Below, one piece after another: positions 29,001 through 37,958 of a DNA stretch of 64,000 bases. The stretch lies in assembly GCA_035291665.1 (NCBI GenBank), contig DATDRP010000001.1, positions 223,127 to 287,126 of the forward strand, read 5' to 3'. The position numbers and the translations under genes are program-made. How positions within the stretch are numbered: position 1 is the first letter of the stretch; the number at the start of each line of letters is the position of its first letter. The notes beneath the pieces were generated by a model. It did no database searches and was not told the DNA's origin. It was given only the letters and a program-made list of their open reading frames with translations. The DNA is from Patescibacteria group bacterium (lineage in GTDB: Bacteria; Patescibacteriota; Microgenomatia; UBA8517).

Positions 29001-29232
29001 GCATTGCTTTTAATCTCCTCCACCCCGCTGTTGTCTTGAAATACTTTTCACACTCAACAGCATCCTTTTTGGACTTAAAAGAGGAATAATAAATTAATTC
29101 ATACGGAATATGAAGCTTAGTTGCTTTATTTTCACCTTTGTTATGACTGATAATTCTTTTCTTTAAATCGGGCGTATAACCCAAATATAGTTTTTTATCT
29201 TTTAGGCTTTGAAGAATGTAGAAGTAAAACAT
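28975..29232 (-). CDS. GIY-YIG nuclease superfamily protein (YhbQ/UPF0213-like), second paralog
   Basis: FYFYILQS..DKKLYLGYTPDLKKRIISHNKGE. 85 aa, immediately downstream of tRNA-Asp. Confidence 0.8.
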   Translation of the reverse strand: MFYFYILQSLKDKKLYLGYTPDLKKRIISHNKGENKATKLHIPYELIYYSSFKSKKDAVECEKYFKTTAGWRRLKAMLKHSLYGM

Positions 29233-29266
29233 CTAGGCGGGCTACGTTCAGTTTACATGAACGTAG

Positions 29267-29340
29267 CGGGGCTGACGGGATTCGAACCCGCGACCTCTTC
29301 CGTGACAGGGAAGCACTCTGGCCAGTTGAGCTACAGCCCC
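29267..29340 (-). tRNA. tRNA-Asp (anticodon GTC)
   Basis: Folded manually: acceptor GGGGCUG/CAGCCCC, anticodon stem CUUCC/GGAAG with loop CUGUCAC, T-loop TTCGAAT. 74 nt, CCA not encoded. A 10-bp stem hairpin at 29241-29267 abuts the 3' end. Confidence 0.85.
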
Positions 29341-29470
29341 AAACTTAAATCGCAGAAGAATTATAGCTGATCTATGAAATCTGGACAATAGACGATGTGT
29401 TTCAGATGTTTTACAAATCTCATTTTCAAATTTTATTGATTTTAAATACTCACTATGCCAGTATTAAATA

Positions 29471-30010
29471 TTGGGAAGTATTAATAGAACGGGGGTGATC
29501 TATTTGAAAAATATATTTATTGTTTCGGCAGTATTGGTATTTTTTGCTCTTCTTGCCCTATCTTTGAGACCAACTACAAAAGTTGCCGGAGTCTCGGATT
29601 CAAATGGTATGCCTCTGTATGTGATTATTGAAGTTAACTGGGACGGAACAGGCATGGGTGACTGGAAAGTTTGGGGTCCCAAAAATGAACCGGTTGTCGG
29701 TACAGGTACAGTTTTGTCCGAATGTACGGAATGTCTTGAGATGAACTATAATTTTGAATTCAAGGGAAAGACGGTTCAGTTTAATGAAACTTATGTTTCT
29801 ACTGTTGACGGAAAACCTCAATCCCATAAAGTTGTCTTGACAGACACAGACGGTGATGGATCTTATACAGGATCATTACCAGCAGCCAGATATAATTTAC
29901 AGGAAGGATATATCTATTTGGACAGGATTGATTATGAGGCTGAATTTGGTAATGGAAAAGTGTCATCATTCAGATATTTTGAGTACGAGCATAAGAAATT
30001 ACTTAAGTAG
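29471..30010 (+). CDS. Secreted or membrane-anchored hypothetical protein
   Basis: N-terminal signal/anchor IFIVSAVLVFFALLALS. 179 aa. Confidence 0.45.
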   Translation: MGSINRTGVIYLKNIFIVSAVLVFFALLALSLRPTTKVAGVSDSNGMPLYVIIEVNWDGTGMGDWKVWGPKNEPVVGTGTVLSECTECLEMNYNFEFKGKTVQFNETYVSTVDGKPQSHKVVLTDTDGDGSYTGSLPAARYNLQEGYIYLDRIDYEAEFGNGKVSSFRYFEYEHKKLLK

Positions 30011-30114
30011 TCACGCTATACCTTAATTTTCAGCGAATTTAAATTCGGTATAACGAATCAATCCTCTGGATAATCGGATAGAGTAAGTGTCTAATGGAGA
30101 AGTGGAAATAATAT

Positions 30115-30714
30115 TTAGTCCTCTTGTGTGTAAATGACGCTTTTACAATATTGAACACCCTTTTCCCACCAACCTCGAATCAATACTCCCACGACCTTAC
30201 CCTCTTTAGTAAGCAACGGAGAACCCGAACAGCCAGGATAAGCTGTCTGTATTTCTTCAGATCCTATATGGTCTACTGTATTTTCATAGCTCCTGTTTAT
30301 TGTTTTTCGTGGATGTGTTTCCAAAGAAAGGCAACCCACATGTGTAGGTTTAACTTCGACTCGGGCACGCTCCCAACCGTTATAAGTTGAATAAATTATT
30401 TCTAAATTTTCACCACTTAAAAGATCATTATCTGATCCATGTTCAAGACCGTCACGATTTATTTCCGGGAGTTCAGATTCAGCAATGTCCTTCCATCCTT
30501 TTTTTTGAAATTGAAGGTTTACAATTGTGCTTGATCCATCATGGGCTTTTGCTTTAAGATTTCTTTGATCAGTGCCTTCAAAAGCAACATGAGCCGCAGT
30601 CGTTAAAACTGTTCTTCCATTTCGTTTGACCCTAAAACCGTTACCTAAAAATCTCTCATTACCATCTTCTCCGACATCATAAAGTTCAAATAAATGTTGT
30701 TCTAACTCTGACAT
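30115..30714 (-). CDS. Trypsin-like serine peptidase (S1 family), no signal peptide
   Basis: His motif LTTAAHV. Ser motif GCSGSPLL, the GDSGGP equivalent. 199 aa. Apparently cytoplasmic. Confidence 0.6.
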   Translation of the reverse strand: MSELEQHLFELYDVGEDGNERFLGNGFRVKRNGRTVLTTAAHVAFEGTDQRNLKAKAHDGSSTIVNLQFQKKGWKDIAESELPEINRDGLEHGSDNDLLSGENLEIIYSTYNGWERARVEVKPTHVGCLSLETHPRKTINRSYENTVDHIGSEEIQTAYPGCSGSPLLTKEGKVVGVLIRGWWEKGVQYCKSVIYTQED

Positions 30715-30780
30715 AATATAGATATTATATTACTATTATAGGTTAAATTCAAAAATGAACAGAGGCATATTCCGTCAGTT

Positions 30781-31221
30781 TTAATAATTCATTACCGATT
30801 TATAATCAGGATTAAGTCTTGGCCAGTATTTTTGAGGCAGATCGATTGTCTCAAAACCCTTTTTTCTTGCAATTCTTTCAATTCTTTTGCTGGGTACAAA
30901 CTTCAAGCAATGAACACCAGCCAGTGCTTGCATTGTCAATGAGCTGATCACCGTATCACATTGTTCACAAGACAAGGGTAAATATAAGCTATCGTTTTCT
31001 ACAATTCTACCTGAACAGGCTGATTTTGGATTTCCTCTTTGAAATACAGTGAATCCACTACTCAAATCTTCATGTTTAAAAGGTCTTATATCAAAATTTA
31101 TCCCGCTTGCCGCTTCTCCCATGAATTCATTGTGCGTAAGAGTGCAGCTGCCATCATTCTTACAATACTGACAATATGGAAAATATCCTCCTTTAATCTC
31201 ATTGCTCTTTTCAACGTTCAT
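30781..31221 (-). CDS. Cys-rich hypothetical protein
   Basis: CQYCKNDGSC near the N-terminus plus a CEQC pair. 146 aa. Its N-terminus is paralogous to the divergent neighbour. Confidence 0.4.
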   Translation of the reverse strand: MNVEKSNEIKGGYFPYCQYCKNDGSCTLTHNEFMGEAASGINFDIRPFKHEDLSSGFTVFQRGNPKSACSGRIVENDSLYLPLSCEQCDTVISSLTMQALAGVHCLKFVPSKRIERIARKKGFETIDLPQKYWPRLNPDYKSVMNY

Positions 31222-31418
31222 AGAAATTAAAACGAATTATATATCTAATTTTAAATGAGTATAAAGTTTTTTACTTTAAGTTTAGTATTTTTGCGGATTG
31301 TACTTGGTAAATTACGATGGTAATCTTGTGAAAGACACAATCAACAATAAGTGATTCGATTCCGACATCTCTCTTAACTTTCCACCCGTACGATTAGTCA
31401 ATTTTTTTATAGATCGAA

Positions 31419-31736
31419 ATGGCCAATGTAGAGAAACAAAGATGTGCTTTTAGTAAAAATGGTGATTGTCTGGCTGAATCAGCAAAACAATATATCAAAA
31501 AAATAGATGAAACTTTTCTCATATCCGGGATCGATCCTGTCAAATCCGGTGTTGAGCCAGAAATATTGGAAAAATACGAACCGGTTTTCAGGAGCCTGTA
31601 TTACGATACTACAGTTGCTACCGGTTTTAAGATAAGAGTTTACTTTTGTGAAGGCTGTGATAATTTCCCGAGCGATGGGAATGATTACTTCTCAAAAATC
31701 AAAAATTCGGGTGAAGCTCCAAGAGACTCCAAATGA
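31419..31736 (+). CDS. Cys-motif hypothetical protein, N-terminal paralog of 30781..31221
   Basis: MANVEKQRCAFSKNGDC versus MNVEKSNE..CQYCKNDGSC. Also CEGC. The 3' end overlaps the convergent FNR-like gene, so the true stop or length is uncertain. Confidence 0.35.
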   Translation: MANVEKQRCAFSKNGDCLAESAKQYIKKIDETFLISGIDPVKSGVEPEILEKYEPVFRSLYYDTTVATGFKIRVYFCEGCDNFPSDGNDYFSKIKNSGEAPRDSK

Positions 31737-32359
31737 CCTCTAATTTCTTTTACAAAGGGTTTCGGACCGCAGACATAAAAATGTTTCGAATAATCGTTGA
31801 TATGTTTTGATAAGAAATTACTGTCAATTCTTCCGTTTTCATAGTTTTCACGCTTTTCTCTTGTTAAAGTCAGGATCAAATTCTGAGGACTTTTTTTGAA
31901 CACATCTTTCCATTCATCTTCAAGAATCACATCGGATGAAGTCTTATTTGAAAAAATAAGTTTGTTATTCCCCAGAAGTCCCCTGCTTCGAAGCATCCGG
32001 AGAATTGCGATAAATGGGGTTACTCCCGCACCACCTGCAATAAACACTCCTTCTCCATCATAATGAATTGCTCCAAACGGTTTTGTGATTAACAATTCCG
32101 AACCGTTATCCAAAGCATGTATCCTTTTTGTGATACCTTGATGGTCATCATATCTTTTTATTGTAAATTCAAGGTCCTCGGCGCTTTCCAAACTTGTAAA
32201 AGTAAAGGGTCTGGTTTCGTCTTTGAGGTCTGGGGTATTAATAGACATGTCTATTGCTTGTCCTGGTGTGTAAGTGAAGCTGGAAGGTTTTTCAATAATA
32301 AATCTCTTTACGTCATGGGTTAACTGAACTGAATCGATAAGCTTTACTTTATAGCTCAT
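31685..32359 (-). CDS. Ferredoxin-NADP reductase-like FAD/NAD(P)-binding oxidoreductase
   Basis: FAD-binding RPFTFTS (RxYS-type) and NAD-binding GGAGVTP. 224 aa. Confidence 0.7.
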   Translation of the reverse strand: MSYKVKLIDSVQLTHDVKRFIIEKPSSFTYTPGQAIDMSINTPDLKDETRPFTFTSLESAEDLEFTIKRYDDHQGITKRIHALDNGSELLITKPFGAIHYDGEGVFIAGGAGVTPFIAILRMLRSRGLLGNNKLIFSNKTSSDVILEDEWKDVFKKSPQNLILTLTREKRENYENGRIDSNFLSKHINDYSKHFYVCGPKPFVKEIRGHLESLGASPEFLIFEK

Positions 32360-32439
32360 TATTCATATATTACATTTATAATCGAATTTGTGTCAAAAAG
32401 AAGTGAAAGTTTTTTATAGACCGAATCACTATTGACAAA

Positions 32440-32458
32440 TTTATACTCATAGTATAAA
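32440..32458. promoter_or_regulatory. Perfect 8-bp inverted repeat TTTATACT-cat-AGTATAAA overlapping the putative promoter of the LysM gene
   Basis: TTGACA at 32432-32437. The palindrome arms overlap the -10 TATAAA at 32453-32458. Confidence 0.35.
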
Positions 32459-32495
32459 TTTGCACTCAACAAATGGTCTTGCCCGAAATTAATCA

Positions 32496-33128
32496 ATGGA
32501 CCTGAAAAAGCTTCTCAAAACAATTAAGTTGAACGAATCCAGCATAAGCATGATATTGGGTGTAATTGTAATTGTTATCACGGGATATTTTTTGGTAAAT
32601 CTTTTCAAGAAAAATGAAGGTGAAACAATTCCTCCCGTAGGTATTGAAGAAGAGAAAGTCGCAACTGGTGGAACCCATATTGTTAAAAAAGGGGAAGATC
32701 TTTGGAAAATTGCTGAGAATTATTACCAGGACGGTTACAAATGGGTTGACATTGCCGAAGCAAATAAACTGGAAAGCCCATACCTCATAACCGAAGGACA
32801 AGAACTAAAAATTCCTGACCTTAATAAGCTTGCAGCAGTAACCACAACACCAACAGTCACAGGAACTATTGTCGCAACACCCGCACAAGCAATAACCGCA
32901 ACCGAAAAAATCTCACCCGCTATTGCTGCTCAGCCTGAATCAAAAGGCGGAGTCACATCGAGTACCGGTGCCGGAAAGACGTATGTTGTACAGCACGGCG
33001 ACTCGCTTTGGAAAATCGCCGAAGCACAATATAACGATCCCTACCGATGGGTCGACATCGCAAAAGCCAACAGCTTGAAAAACCCCAGCATCATCCACGC
33101 TGGAAATACATTTGTCATCCCCGAATAA
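32496..33128 (+). CDS. LysM domain protein (2 LysM repeats), membrane-anchored
   Basis: N-terminal transmembrane helix and two LysM repeats (..GEDLWKIAENYY..., ..GDSLWKIAEAQY...). Confidence 0.8.
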   Translation: MDLKKLLKTIKLNESSISMILGVIVIVITGYFLVNLFKKNEGETIPPVGIEEEKVATGGTHIVKKGEDLWKIAENYYQDGYKWVDIAEANKLESPYLITEGQELKIPDLNKLAAVTTTPTVTGTIVATPAQAITATEKISPAIAAQPESKGGVTSSTGAGKTYVVQHGDSLWKIAEAQYNDPYRWVDIAKANSLKNPSIIHAGNTFVIPE

Positions 33129-33205
33129 TCCACAAATATAAGCCCGTTTCATTTTGAATTTGAAAGCCTTTCCACTATAATTTCAGGTATATCTGTACCT
33201 ATTAT

Positions 33206-33276
33206 GCGGGATTAGTTAAGCGGCCTAACGCTACCTTCCCAAGGTAGAGAAACGGGTTCAACTCCCGTATCCCGCT
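33206..33276 (+). tRNA. tRNA-Gly (anticodon CCC)
   Basis: Folded manually: acceptor GCGGGAT/ATCCCGC, D-stem GTTA/TAAC, anticodon stem CTACC/GGTAG with loop TTCCCAA, T-arm ACGGG-TTCAACT-CCCGT. 71 nt. Confidence 0.7.
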
Positions 33277-33360
33277 CTCGTTGCACTCGATCGGGGTACT
33301 TACGTTTATGATGCAATTTAAAGTCTTGCAGGTTATGCTTACAACTCCCGTATCCCGCTC
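33258..33360 (+). repeat. Duplicated tRNA-Gly 3' end (19 bp, CAACTCCCGTATCCCGCTC), second copy 66 bp downstream
   Basis: Exact copies at 33258-33276 and 33342-33360. Confidence 0.7.
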
Positions 33361-33998
33361 CAATCAACAGTTTTCTACATAAATGTACAGAAAGTTACTA
33401 GAAACTACCTAAAAACGATCATAAAATGAGTTATAATTGAATTATGCAAATACTTGTTTTTCTTGGATTTCTTATGCTCATAGTTCTTTCTTTGAAAGGT
33501 AAACTATGGGCTTATATTGCCACCATTGTTTTAGGTTCATTGTATTTTCCTGCCAGTGTCGGTTTTCAGTTGAATATTAAAACTTGTGAGGTATTTTTCG
33601 ACCTGCCGCTTGCGATATATTCTTTGACTAATTATAAGCACATCATATTGTTTGCTATATTTTTTCTAATGACAAGAAGGCAAGTCAAGAAGAGTGGTTG
33701 GGTAAGTTTTGGCTGGGGAGCTTTAGGAACACTACTATTTGCTCTAATAATAGAACTTTTACAGGGGTGGACCGGAGATGGTCATTGTCGCATGAGAGAT
33801 CTTGTTCCAGACTTCGCTGGCGTTCTACTGGGACAAATGACGTATAGTTTATGGACGACCATTAAACGTACAAAACAGCGAAGGATTTAATACCCATATG
33901 TTCTTTAAGAAAACTAAGCTAGAGTTCCAAACTAGGCTCTATAAGAGGTCTTAGGTTCGAGCAAAGCATGGTGACCAGTTCTCGTTGCACTCGATCGG
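33277..33998 (+). repeat. 20-bp direct repeats (TCTCGTTGCACTCGATCGGG) bracketing the VanZ-like gene
   Basis: Copy 1 abuts the tRNA-Gly 3' end at 33277-33296. Copy 2 is at 33979-33998. Confidence 0.7.
33444..33890 (+). CDS. VanZ-like family membrane protein
   Basis: Four transmembrane helices. IELLQGWTGDGHCRMRDLVPDFAGVLLG is the VanZ-like signature. Confidence 0.6.
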   Translation: MQILVFLGFLMLIVLSLKGKLWAYIATIVLGSLYFPASVGFQLNIKTCEVFFDLPLAIYSLTNYKHIILFAIFFLMTRRQVKKSGWVSFGWGALGTLLFALIIELLQGWTGDGHCRMRDLVPDFAGVLLGQMTYSLWTTIKRTKQRRI

Positions 33999-34062
33999 GT
34001 TATTATCATTGAAAGTACAATTAAACTTGACATTAGTAGTAGAACTTTTCTAATATAGATAT

Positions 34063-34311
34063 ATGCAAATGTTTAATCTTCATAAAAGTAAAATTTATTT
34101 AGTAGTTTTTATCGTAACTGCTTCAATACTCGCCTGGGGTGTTTGGAACAATTACAGGCCTCAAATGGTGTATGCAAGCTGTGCGGACATTGCAGAAAAG
34201 ACTTCAAACTTAAGATCCCGGAAAGATTTTCTTAAAACCGATACTTCGAAGGATTTTGAAGAAGTCTTCAACGAATGCCTTTCAGATGCCGGTTATTTTG
34301 AAGTTAAGTAA
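34063..34311 (+). CDS. Small membrane-anchored hypothetical protein
   Basis: 82 aa with one N-terminal transmembrane helix. A TTGACA promoter-like hexamer sits about 30 nt upstream. Confidence 0.35.
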   Translation: MQMFNLHKSKIYLVVFIVTASILAWGVWNNYRPQMVYASCADIAEKTSNLRSRKDFLKTDTSKDFEEVFNECLSDAGYFEVK

Positions 34312-34390
34312 ATTCTCCTTTTCCAAAAATCCGATCAGATTCCTTGGTATCTCACATTTTGCTATAATCAACCAAAGAAGGACGTTATAA

Positions 34391-34463
34391 GCCTACGTAG
34401 CTCAGTTGGTAGAGCAACGGTATCGTAAACCGTGGGTCGTCGGTTCAATTCCGACCGTAGGCT
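34391..34463 (+). tRNA. tRNA-Thr (anticodon CGT)
   Basis: Folded manually: acceptor GCCTACG/CGTAGGC, D-arm TAGCTCAGTTGGTAGAGC, anticodon loop ATCGTAA, T-loop TTCAATT. 73 nt. Confidence 0.85.
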
Positions 34464-34485
34464 CAAGATACTATTAAAAATTAAT

Positions 34486-35202
34486 ATGCCAAATTATTAC
34501 TCCCGCAGAAGCAAAGTCCAGGATAAAAAAAATAAATCGAGCGCTTTCATCCTATTTTCTCTGACAATTGTAATTTTAATTCTTGTTTTTTTCTACGGAA
34601 TACCTGCGATGATTAAATTTGCCGTTTTTATTGCCGATCTTAAGAAAACTTCGCAGGTTGATGAATCTTCTGACACTCTCGCCCCTTCAACGCCGAGGAT
34701 TGATTCGATTTCTGAATTCACCAATAACGCCGACCTGGAAATCGTCGGTTATACGGAATCGGGGGCAATTGTCACCATCTATTACAATAATAAAAATGAA
34801 GAAACCGTTGCCAATAATGAAGGCGGTTTCAGGTTCAAAATTAGCTTAAAAGAAGGATTAAATACTTTTTCATTTATCTCAAAAGATTCTTCCGGAAATG
34901 AGAGTCCGCGGTCAAAAACACAAACCGTTACATATGACAAAACTCCGCCTTCATTAGACATCAAATCCCCCCCCGACAATGGAAACGTATATGGGGATAT
35001 TAACAAAAATCTTGAAATTACAGGTACAACTGACCCCGAAATCAAAATCTATGCTAACGACAGATTGACAAGCTCGGATGAAAATGGAAACTTTAAAATC
35101 CGAGTATATTTATCGGAAGGAGCAAACAGCATTACGCTGAAAGCTGTTGACAATGCGCAAAACGAAACAGAAAAGTCTCTAACTATCAATTTTTATCCTT
35201 AA
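34486..35202 (+). CDS. Membrane-anchored protein with bacterial Ig-like repeats
   Basis: Start moved to ATG 34486, because the tracked ORF start at 34432 overlaps tRNA-Thr. N-terminal transmembrane helix and two Ig-like beta-sandwich repeats. The C-terminus overlaps the convergent gene. Confidence 0.5.
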   Translation: MPNYYSRRSKVQDKKNKSSAFILFSLTIVILILVFFYGIPAMIKFAVFIADLKKTSQVDESSDTLAPSTPRIDSISEFTNNADLEIVGYTESGAIVTIYYNNKNEETVANNEGGFRFKISLKEGLNTFSFISKDSSGNESPRSKTQTVTYDKTPPSLDIKSPPDNGNVYGDINKNLEITGTTDPEIKIYANDRLTSSDENGNFKIRVYLSEGANSITLKAVDNAQNETEKSLTINFYP

Positions 35203-36352
35203 CTCTTACGGACAGAGCTCCCAATATCAGTACTAGTGGAACGGCAACATACGGGTAAAACAAAGTATTGTTAAAGAAAGAATGAACAAAGAGTGAGGCA
35301 AATAATGGCTTTACCAAAATTAAATCGCTTTTATAAATCTTCCCATAGATCTTTTGCCCCAAATCAATAAAAAGCAAAAGTCCTATTACACCGGTTGTAG
35401 AAAGAATATATAACATACTCGAATCGCTTCCGGCGCAGGAACGGGATTGTGTCTGAAACTCGCCCCGATAAGCGCAAAGATTGTTGTAACCAATTCCAAA
35501 AAGCGGATTTTGATAAATTATATTTGAAAATTCTTTATAATTTCTTATCCTGGTGAATACACTGTGAAGCCTTTCAAGTTTAACTCCCTCGCTTTGGTAT
35601 CTGGGAAGAAAAAGAATAAAAAAAACAGAAAATAGGAAAATCAGGAAATACTTCCAATGAAGTTTTTGTCTTAAAAATGCCACTGCTAAAAGTATAAATA
35701 GTCCAAGGTATGTTGCTCTTGAGTAGGTAAAAAGTATTGATATCACCAGAAAGATTATTGTAAGTAAATACTTTCGGTTTTTTGACCGGACAAAAAAATA
35801 GTTGGCAATGGAAATTCCGATCAAGAATAGCGCACCCAAATAGTTCGGATCCAACATTGTGGAAGTCATTCTATAAAGGTGGTCATCCCAGCCCAAAAAC
35901 TTAAGTTCGGTAAGGTTGGGAAAGATAAAATACTGAATCCATCCGAATACACTTAGTACTAAAACGGAGATTAGTAGATACAATAATAACTTATGTTTTT
36001 CAAACTGTTTTGAAATGCTTTCCCTGACAACAATAAACAAGCAAAAGTAAATTATCAAGCGAACGAAATAAAAACTCCCGATAAAGACTTGAGATGGATT
36101 GAATTTCAGAAGCGAAAGAAAATTGATAAAAACTATATAAACAATGATAGAACCAAAAAGTAATTTAAATTTTTTATAATAAGGCTTTATAAATATTACA
36201 GAAAGCAATGCTACCGCATCTATTGCCAGAAGGTTAAGGTGGTTGAACCCGAATAGGTTGTCAATTCTTACCAATTGCCCAAGAGGCAACACCGTTAGAA
36301 TCAAAACAAGGACTATAATTTTCAGATTAACTTTCATGCTTTTTGGTATCAA
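35186..36352 (-). CDS. O-antigen ligase / Wzy_C-family polytopic membrane protein
   Basis: About 10 transmembrane helices and a periplasmic loop with YSRATYLG (O-antigen ligase-like). 388 aa. Confidence 0.55.
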   Translation of the reverse strand: MIPKSMKVNLKIIVLVLILTVLPLGQLVRIDNLFGFNHLNLLAIDAVALLSVIFIKPYYKKFKLLFGSIIVYIVFINFLSLLKFNPSQVFIGSFYFVRLIIYFCLFIVVRESISKQFEKHKLLLYLLISVLVLSVFGWIQYFIFPNLTELKFLGWDDHLYRMTSTMLDPNYLGALFLIGISIANYFFVRSKNRKYLLTIIFLVISILFTYSRATYLGLFILLAVAFLRQKLHWKYFLIFLFSVFFILFLPRYQSEGVKLERLHSVFTRIRNYKEFSNIIYQNPLFGIGYNNLCAYRGEFQTQSRSCAGSDSSMLYILSTTGVIGLLLFIDLGQKIYGKIYKSDLILVKPLFASLFVHSFFNNTLFYPYVAVPLVLILGALSVRVKDKN

Positions 36353-37076
36353 GAAAATACTGCGACCAGGATAAAAATGAATGAAGAGACATGATAGCCG
36401 CGATCACAAATCCATGTATGCCATCCAAAAATCCAAATTTAAAAAAATAATTATCAATGAATTTTAAACCGGGATACAATAATACTTTTATAAAGCCGGG
36501 GTTCTTACCTTCCTTCTGATTGTCAATTGCATGCATCCGGGAATATTCATTAATTTTTGATATAAAGTCAAAAAGGTTTTTGTTTGAATCGTGGTAGAGT
36601 GGAAATGTTGCCTCTGTAACCGCGCCTTCCACATCCCAGTACTCATGAACGCTCCTTTTCCAGGTGCCGGTTCCCTTTTTAGCCATGCGGACAAGCCTGA
36701 CTATAGCGTTTTCACCATGGTAAATATATTTACCCAGAAATTTATCAATTCTTTGAAATTTTACCCCATTAATATCGGAACTTTTTATTAGTTCCCGAAT
36801 AACTTGCTTCAATTTAACCGATACACGCTCATCAGCATCAAGAAATAGTATCCACTCACCGCTTGCCTTTCCCAGTGCATAGTTTCTCTGGTCGGAAAAA
36901 CTTTTGAATTGCCGGGAAATTACAACAACATCCAGAGATTTCGCCAAATCAACCGTCTTATCGGTTGACCCGCCATCGCAAACTATTATCTCATCACAAA
37001 AATCCAAATTATGAATTGCAGATCTTATATTCTCCTCTTCGTCCTTTGTGATAATTATTCCCGTCAGCTTTGTCAT
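36327..37076 (-). CDS. Glycosyltransferase family 2
   Basis: GIIITKDEEENI...CDGGSTDKT...LDADERV motif set (DxD). 249 aa. Confidence 0.8.
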   Translation of the reverse strand: MTKLTGIIITKDEEENIRSAIHNLDFCDEIIVCDGGSTDKTVDLAKSLDVVVISRQFKSFSDQRNYALGKASGEWILFLDADERVSVKLKQVIRELIKSSDINGVKFQRIDKFLGKYIYHGENAIVRLVRMAKKGTGTWKRSVHEYWDVEGAVTEATFPLYHDSNKNLFDFISKINEYSRMHAIDNQKEGKNPGFIKVLLYPGLKFIDNYFFKFGFLDGIHGFVIAAIMSLHSFLSWSQYFLDTKKHES

Positions 37077-37082
37077 TTTTAC

Positions 37083-37820
37083 TCAGAATATTTTATAATT
37101 TACGATTTTACCCTTTGTTAATAAATATTTAAGGCAAACTTGAAGGGTTTTTACTCCGTAGATCACGGAATTTTTCAATGATATGGATGATGCGTCATCA
37201 AAATATCTGACGGGGATCGAAATTTCACCGATCCGAAAACCGTTGTAGACCGCAGAGAAAAGAAATTCCTGGTCAAAAACGAAGTCATCGGAAAATTTGG
37301 TGTAAGGAAGCTCTTTCAGTGTATTGGCTTTGTATGCCCGGAAACCCGTATGGAATTCTCCCAAATTTGTACCCAATATGATATTTTCAATTGCAGTTAA
37401 AATCCTATTTGAAATATACTTATAAAACGGCATTCCGTTCTCCAACGCTTCGCGTCTTGTGCGAATTCTATTCCCAAGCATAATATCCACCCACCCGTCC
37501 ATAAGCGGCCGGATCAGCTCTTCTGTCATTGAGCTGTCATATTGGTAATCTGGGTGGATCATCACAACAATATCTGCATGACTTTTTAAAGCTTGGTCAT
37601 AACAAGTCTTTTGGTTGCCGCCGTAGCCGGTATTTATTCCATGTACGACAACATTAATCCCCAGCTTCTTCGCAACCTCAACTGTTTTATCGGCACTTAC
37701 ATCATCAACCAAAATAATATTTTTCGGTATCCGTAATGATTTCGGAATGTCGTTAAAGGTTTTAATTAATGTTTTTTCGGCATTGTATGCCGGCATAACA
37801 ATCACGACTTTTTTATTCAT
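37083..37820 (-). CDS. GT2 polyprenol-phosphate sugar synthase-like (DPM1/Ppm1-like)
   Basis: VVIVMPAYNAEKTL...VDDVSADKT...IHPDYQYD. About 245 aa, soluble, typical DPM1 architecture. Confidence 0.75.
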   Translation of the reverse strand: MNKKVVIVMPAYNAEKTLIKTFNDIPKSLRIPKNIILVDDVSADKTVEVAKKLGINVVVHGINTGYGGNQKTCYDQALKSHADIVVMIHPDYQYDSSMTEELIRPLMDGWVDIMLGNRIRTRREALENGMPFYKYISNRILTAIENIILGTNLGEFHTGFRAYKANTLKELPYTKFSDDFVFDQEFLFSAVYNGFRIGEISIPVRYFDDASSISLKNSVIYGVKTLQVCLKYLLTKGKIVNYKIF

Positions 37821-37958
37821 AAAAATGTAAGATATCCTGATTTTATCACCACCTTGCTTAAAACCACGTATTCATGCCGTCGATGTATCAAGTTTTCGCG
37901 ATTAACGAAGTTAATCACTGGTGTCAAACTTCCACAATCTTTAGACTGTGGAAGTTTA

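Noticed and set aside
34432-34485. Upstream extension of the 34432..35202 ORF
   Set aside because: It overlaps tRNA-Thr (34391-34463). The start was reassigned to ATG 34486 (MPNYYSRR...).
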